The notes under the pieces were generated by a model, which was given only the letters and a program-made list of their open reading frames with translations, was not told the origin of the DNA and searched no databases. The position numbers and the translations under genes were made by a program. A stretch of DNA of 63,140 nt, counting the filler, from Hyphochytrium catenoides (lineage: Eukaryota; Protista; Hyphochytriomycota): assembly GCA_900088475.1 (NCBI GenBank). It is 9 parts of 9 records of this genome, joined end to end, with 100 filler letters (N's around TTAATTAATTAA, not from the genome) between each part and the next. Parts side by side here need not be neighbours in the genome. Positions count along the whole stretch, not along the records: positions 55,929 to 61,108 come from FLMG01000176.1; positions 61,209 to 63,140 come from FLMG01002129.1; 7 more parts are not named here. One strand, 5' to 3'. Shown here piece after piece: positions 58,276-63,140 of the stretch; the first letter of the stretch is position 1; each line of letters starts with the position of its first letter.

Positions 58276-61208
58276 TATATCATGGTACACGTCTATGAAG
58301 TGTGGCGCTGGCCCAGTCCTCTCTCTCACTGTATTCAGCCAGCTTCCCGCCCGGCAAAGAGATCTGTCCGCTTGCCCAAGCAGGCCCTTCATCAAGCAGC
58401 TGATACATGAGACAACATTAAAAGACGACTAGAGGAGGTTTGAGACTCCTCTCGCTGCGGAAGACAGCAGCAGCGCAGTGGGACGATGGAGGAGCTCCTC
58501 AGTAATATATTTCTCACTCCTCACTACTTTCATGCCCTACCATCGCTTAGACCAGTTGCAGCACATACAGCAATTAGCTCCTACCGCAGCAGACCAATCT
58601 CATGCTGTTGTTACCATTATTGGAGCCTAGGCGCAGCAGAAGGAGCGGTTGAAGGCTCCCCATGGACATTATTAGCGGGGCGGGGCTGCCTAAGTACGGT
58701 GAAGTTTGTACTGAAACCGGGCCTAACAGCTCCAATCTCGCTAGCACAAACCACCTTTTAGGCGTGGCAGGCGGATCAACAAACAGCTGCTTAGTAGTAG
58801 GCTCTAGCTCTATTGACAGTCTACAGCTTCTTGATAATTGAGAGCCTCTCACCTAAGATAACTCCATAGTCACCGCACCGTGTTATTAGTAGTACTCCTC
58901 GAGGTAAAGACGGTCTCCTTCGCAAGGAATTATGTGCCCGAACAGCTCCCCTGCATATTAAGCGCTCTTCTGCAGGTCGGCTAGCAAGCATGAGAATAGC
59001 TGCTGCTATTAATTCGCTCTCTAGCGGCCGTTCAGCTGCACCCTCCTCTACCACAGGCACCACCATTCTTATTCAACGCAGGAGGGTCCAGCTTGGAAGT
59101 GCTTACAGTCGGCCATTGCCGGGCACTCGTCTACTCATGACGTCTTAACAAAAAGATTGCCATTGGTTGCCTTGGATTCAAACCACTTTGATTGGGGTTA
59201 GCGGGGACTTTCGGTGAAGCCGCCTATGACACTTGGGCGAGGAGCTCGCTCGCCGTCTTAAGCTCTTGACTGCCAAGGCAGCTCTGGGCATTGAAAAAGG
59301 AGTGGGAGCCCATTTGGTCGATGACAGAGAGCCTTCTGACGTTGCCGATGCACTTTACTAGGAAACAATTGGGGCCTTTTTTTGACTGCTCCTCACGGGG
59401 GAGGCAAAGCCTCTGTATTCTGCGAGTGCTGATGCGCGAGCGCGAGCAGCCGGGAGCCCAGCCTCCAACCTAAGCCCGTCATAGAGCGCTTCACCGTCGT
59501 CAGAGACATCAGAACATTGCCCACAGCTTCCGCTCCTGGGGGAGGCCTTGAACCTTGGACTCCCACCCATCTCACTCGGCATTTTGTCTGACACGCCGTC
59601 TGGGGGCGGATGGGCGCCGTCATCATAGAAGAACTTTCCACACTGCTCTGCCACTGTCTGTCTGTAGTGCTGTCCTACACGCTGCCCGGCTATCCGCCAA
59701 CCGCGAGACAGAGGCGACAGGAGACGAGACAGAGCGAAGGTATTGTGCTATAAGAGACTGTCCAAGAAGGCAGGTCTCGCAGAGCCTGAGGAGAGAAATA
59801 GAGGGAGCGAGAGACAGATCGTCGAGCCTGCCTTCCAGTGCTGGTGCCCAAGGGAGCGCAGCTCTGCCCAGATCATCAGCAGTCTCTCTTCTTCTACAGA
59901 CTGCCTCCCTTCCTTCTTCCCTCCTCTTACCAGGCAACCGCACTTCTCTACCTGCCTGGCATTATCAGAGTAACATCCGAGACCTAGCTTCTCAGCTCCA
60001 GCCTCGGTTGCCGTGCAGTTGCTCCATCTGGCCCTCTTCTAATCCCACGACCTTATCTCTCTCCCTGCCCTAAACAAAATCCAATCGTCGAGGACATGTC
60101 AAGAGAGTAGGAGGAAGGGACAATAAGAACCGAGTGGAGACAACAGCGCCTTCTCTTTCAGTCCGCCTATCTGGTTGTTCAGCACGCAAACGCCACGGTC
60201 CTCCACAATATCATTGCGCAGCCGCCGCCACTGATTCCCTGGCCCCTGCTCTTTGAGCGATAGGGCCACAAATGCACGCCTTTCACCGCTGAGCACCTTG
60301 CAGGCAGAGAGTTCCCGAGTTAGAGCTGCGATGTCTTCATCACAGCCCCCCACTGAGAGAGGTTCGGACAGGGAGCTGGCGGGAGATGATGGTCCGCGGT
60401 CGAAACCTGACGCGAGACACTCGGTAAGTGCTCTTGAGCATCTATGCAGGCGCGAATGTTATTGATGTATACCATTCCCGCCAGCAGGGCCAGAAACCTG
60501 ACTTGGAAGACGAAGCAGAAGGCGTCACCCTAGCGCCTTCATGTCAGAGCAATCCACCACTCGAAAGCATCGCCTTCTCTCTCACTCCAAACGCCTTCAA
60601 GACGAAGATTCTAGCCCCTAGCGTCACTCCTGACGACCTGGACAGCCTTGAAACCTCTCTCTCTCATGTTGAGATTGACTTCGCGAGAACCTCCTTTTCT
60701 CCGGCAACTGCCCACTGGTTGCATTCCACGCTCGTTCCATCTGCTGATGGAAGTTATGATAATCTCTCACTCCTAGGCTCTCCCAACTTTCCTTTCGGTG
60801 CCGCGCAGGGTTTTGCTATACCTGGCCAGCCTAGGTAAGAGGCCTCTTCAAGGCACTATTAGGCGGCCTCGGTTAACAGCCCTCTTTCTATAGCATCACA
60901 CCCGGCGGAACCATCGACTGGAAGTCTATCGGCGACATGAAGCTTCTCGGCGAGGTTGGCGGCAGCACCCCTGGGGACGCTCAAAAATGGAAACAGCTCC
61001 CTCAACTTAGTCCTTATACACAAGCCGGTCCACCTACATACCCAGCGGCGCAGGAACCTACAGAACAGGGAATAGCGAAGGGCAGCCATATAGATGGTAA
61101 CCAGACTGNNNNNNNNNNNNNNNNNNNNNNNNNNNNNNNNNNNNNNNNNNNNTTAATTAATTAANNNNNNNNNNNNNNNNNNNNNNNNNNNNNNNNNNNN
61201 NNNNNNNN

Positions 61209-61408
61209 AGAGAGAGAGAGAGAAAAAGAAAGGGAAGAAGAAAGGGACGAGATGGCGAAAAGACGAGATATCAAAAGAGCATGCAGCTGCCAGCATTGAC
61301 AATGTGATCATGAAAGGAATTGAAAGAGTCAGAGAAAGTGCGAGCACCTGCAGGTCAGGACAATACGCATTTGAGGGGAAAGAGCAAACGAGCGAGAGGG
61401 AAAGAGAA

Positions 61409-61465
<57 letters not shown>

Positions 61466-62168
61466 AAGAGAGAAAGAGAGAGAGAGAAAAAGAGAGAGAG
61501 TAGCGAAGGTCGTGGAGTTGAGGGGCAGACTGATATGAAGCTTCTGGTCTATTTTGATGGAAGAAGTGCCAGCAGAAGAGGTTAACAAGAAAGAAAACGC
61601 TCGCTGCTTCTGGACTGAGCAGTTGCTGGGCACCAAGAGAGAAGAGAAAGACTATTGACGGGAAACTTCGTTCTTCACTGTTTCTTACCGTGGCCCTGTG
61701 CACGCTTCCTGCACACCTCTCTGTCTCATTTTGGATTCACTGGATGCTGATGACGTGGACCGTCACGAAGGCATGCTCCCGTCTTTTCTCTCTCTCTCTC
61801 TCTCTCTCTCCTTCTCGCTATTTCTCTCTCTCTCTTCTTCCGCCTATTCTCTCTCCTTTCTTCCGTGTTCGCTCTCACCTTTCAGCTGAGCTGGACAGTG
61901 AGGGACCCTGAAGCTAACGAGGCAACACGTCTGCGCTTCTATGGAAGAATGTGCGCCAAGGGAACTGGGTCTGGCGGATATCTCTCTGAATACTTTTCTA
62001 CCTTTTGGATCCCTGGCAGCTCATCGTCCTATCGTCCTTCAGCTTCGAAAAGGACTCCAGGCCCTCTGTTTCCCCCGTTATTGCGTCTTCTCTTATCGCT
62101 TCCTCTCTCTTATCCATTTAGTTTCTCTCCCTCTCTCCCTCTCTTTCTCTCCCTTCTCTCTCTCTCCC

Positions 62169-62209
<41 letters not shown>

Positions 62210-62417
62210 CTCTTTTCCTGCCTCTCGCTCTCCGTCCCATAGATGGTGGCGCTAGCAGGACGGGTCCAAAGGAGGTCAAGGGAGCGGTCTCCACTGGCTC
62301 TGTTGGCCAATCTTTCTTGATATCCATATGCCTGTACGTTAGATAGCTCTTTTTCTCTTCCTTTGCTTCAACTGTCTCCACACCAACTTTCATCTTGTTA
62401 TCGCGTCTTCATTGTTG

Positions 62418-62454
<37 letters not shown>

Positions 62455-63140
62455 GATATCTCTTGATAGCTCCCTATAACTTTGGACAGCTCTGTCTGCG
62501 GCCTGGCACTTCAATGAACTTTTGAATCTTGGCGCACCTTCAAGGTATCTTCAAGAAAAATAAGAGGCAAACCGTCATGCAAAGGCCAACTTCTTAGAGG
62601 TCCGGGGCCTTTATTGTGGCGAGTCTTCTTCAAGCTCCAGAGAGATGCGCACAGGCAGAGAGAGAAAGAGAGCGCTTGATACCTTTAGATAGATAGAGAG
62701 AGACAACTTTCCACTTTTATATAAAGAAAAGAGTGGCCCAGGAAGGACCTTCGGTCGTTCGACAACTTAGGCTTGCTGCCAGTGGATTCTGATTATCCAT
62801 ATAGGGCAAGATGGCCTCCGCATGAGATGGAGAGAGAGAGAGAACGCACAGGGATGTAGAAAGAGACAGGGAAAGAGATATGGCAGAGCGCTAGGAAGAT
62901 TATCTTCATCATCTCTCTCCATCTTGGTAACGACAACTTGCATTGTCTAGAATCAACAGACGTTCTCTTCTCCTCCATCTTTCGCGCCTTTCACTTAGAA
63001 AGTCATTAGGTGCTAGCATCTCAACAGCAGGCCAAGGAGGGATAAATACAGCATGAGAGAGAGACAAACAAGAGAGAGAGAGAGAGAGAGCCACGTGAAA
63101 GGGAAAGAGGATTCTTGTCCGAACGTCGTTGTGGCACTGT
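61209..63140. repeat. Contig rich in (AG)n/(CT)n microsatellites; no assignable gene
   Basis: Long GA tract 61390-61500 and CT tracts 61785-62460; intervening segments have no recognisable domain. Confidence 0.7.

Noticed and set aside
3327-61208. Recurrent palindromic TTAATTAATTAA motif, and gene neighbourhoods or ORFs spanning it
   Set aside because: Always centred in identical 100-nt N spacers, so it is an assembly concatenation linker and not biology.

Overview
Intron-rich eukaryotic draft sequence (gene content suggests a stramenopile-like protist; this is inference). The window is not one locus: it is nine contigs joined by artificial 100-nt N/TTAATTAATTAA/N spacers, so adjacency across spacers means nothing. 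Recognisable genes: an EMB2421-like FAD monooxygenase, mitochondrial ribosomal L43 head-to-head with an orphan mitochondrial-type ORF, an FHA protein, PP2A activator PTPA, a multi-PAS hybrid histidine kinase, an intronless Crinkler-like nuclease-fold protein, a secreted CBM21-like protein, a giant EGF/Calx-beta/filamin/PA14 protein, a SUEL-lectin type I membrane protein, a coiled-coil protein, a pseudokinase and ataxin-2/Pbp1. There is also a decayed chromovirus-type Ty3/Gypsy element interrupted by a solo LTR with a 5-bp target-site duplication. Best candidate for novelty: manual splicing joins PAS-PAS-HisKA-HATPase-REC to an HPt domain and a final exon ending in basic residues plus a CaaX-like box (GGCTIT*). 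That would be a one-polypeptide His-Asp-His relay that may be prenyl-anchored, and retaining the last intron would delete the anchor. All gene models were read by eye and need RNA-seq confirmation.
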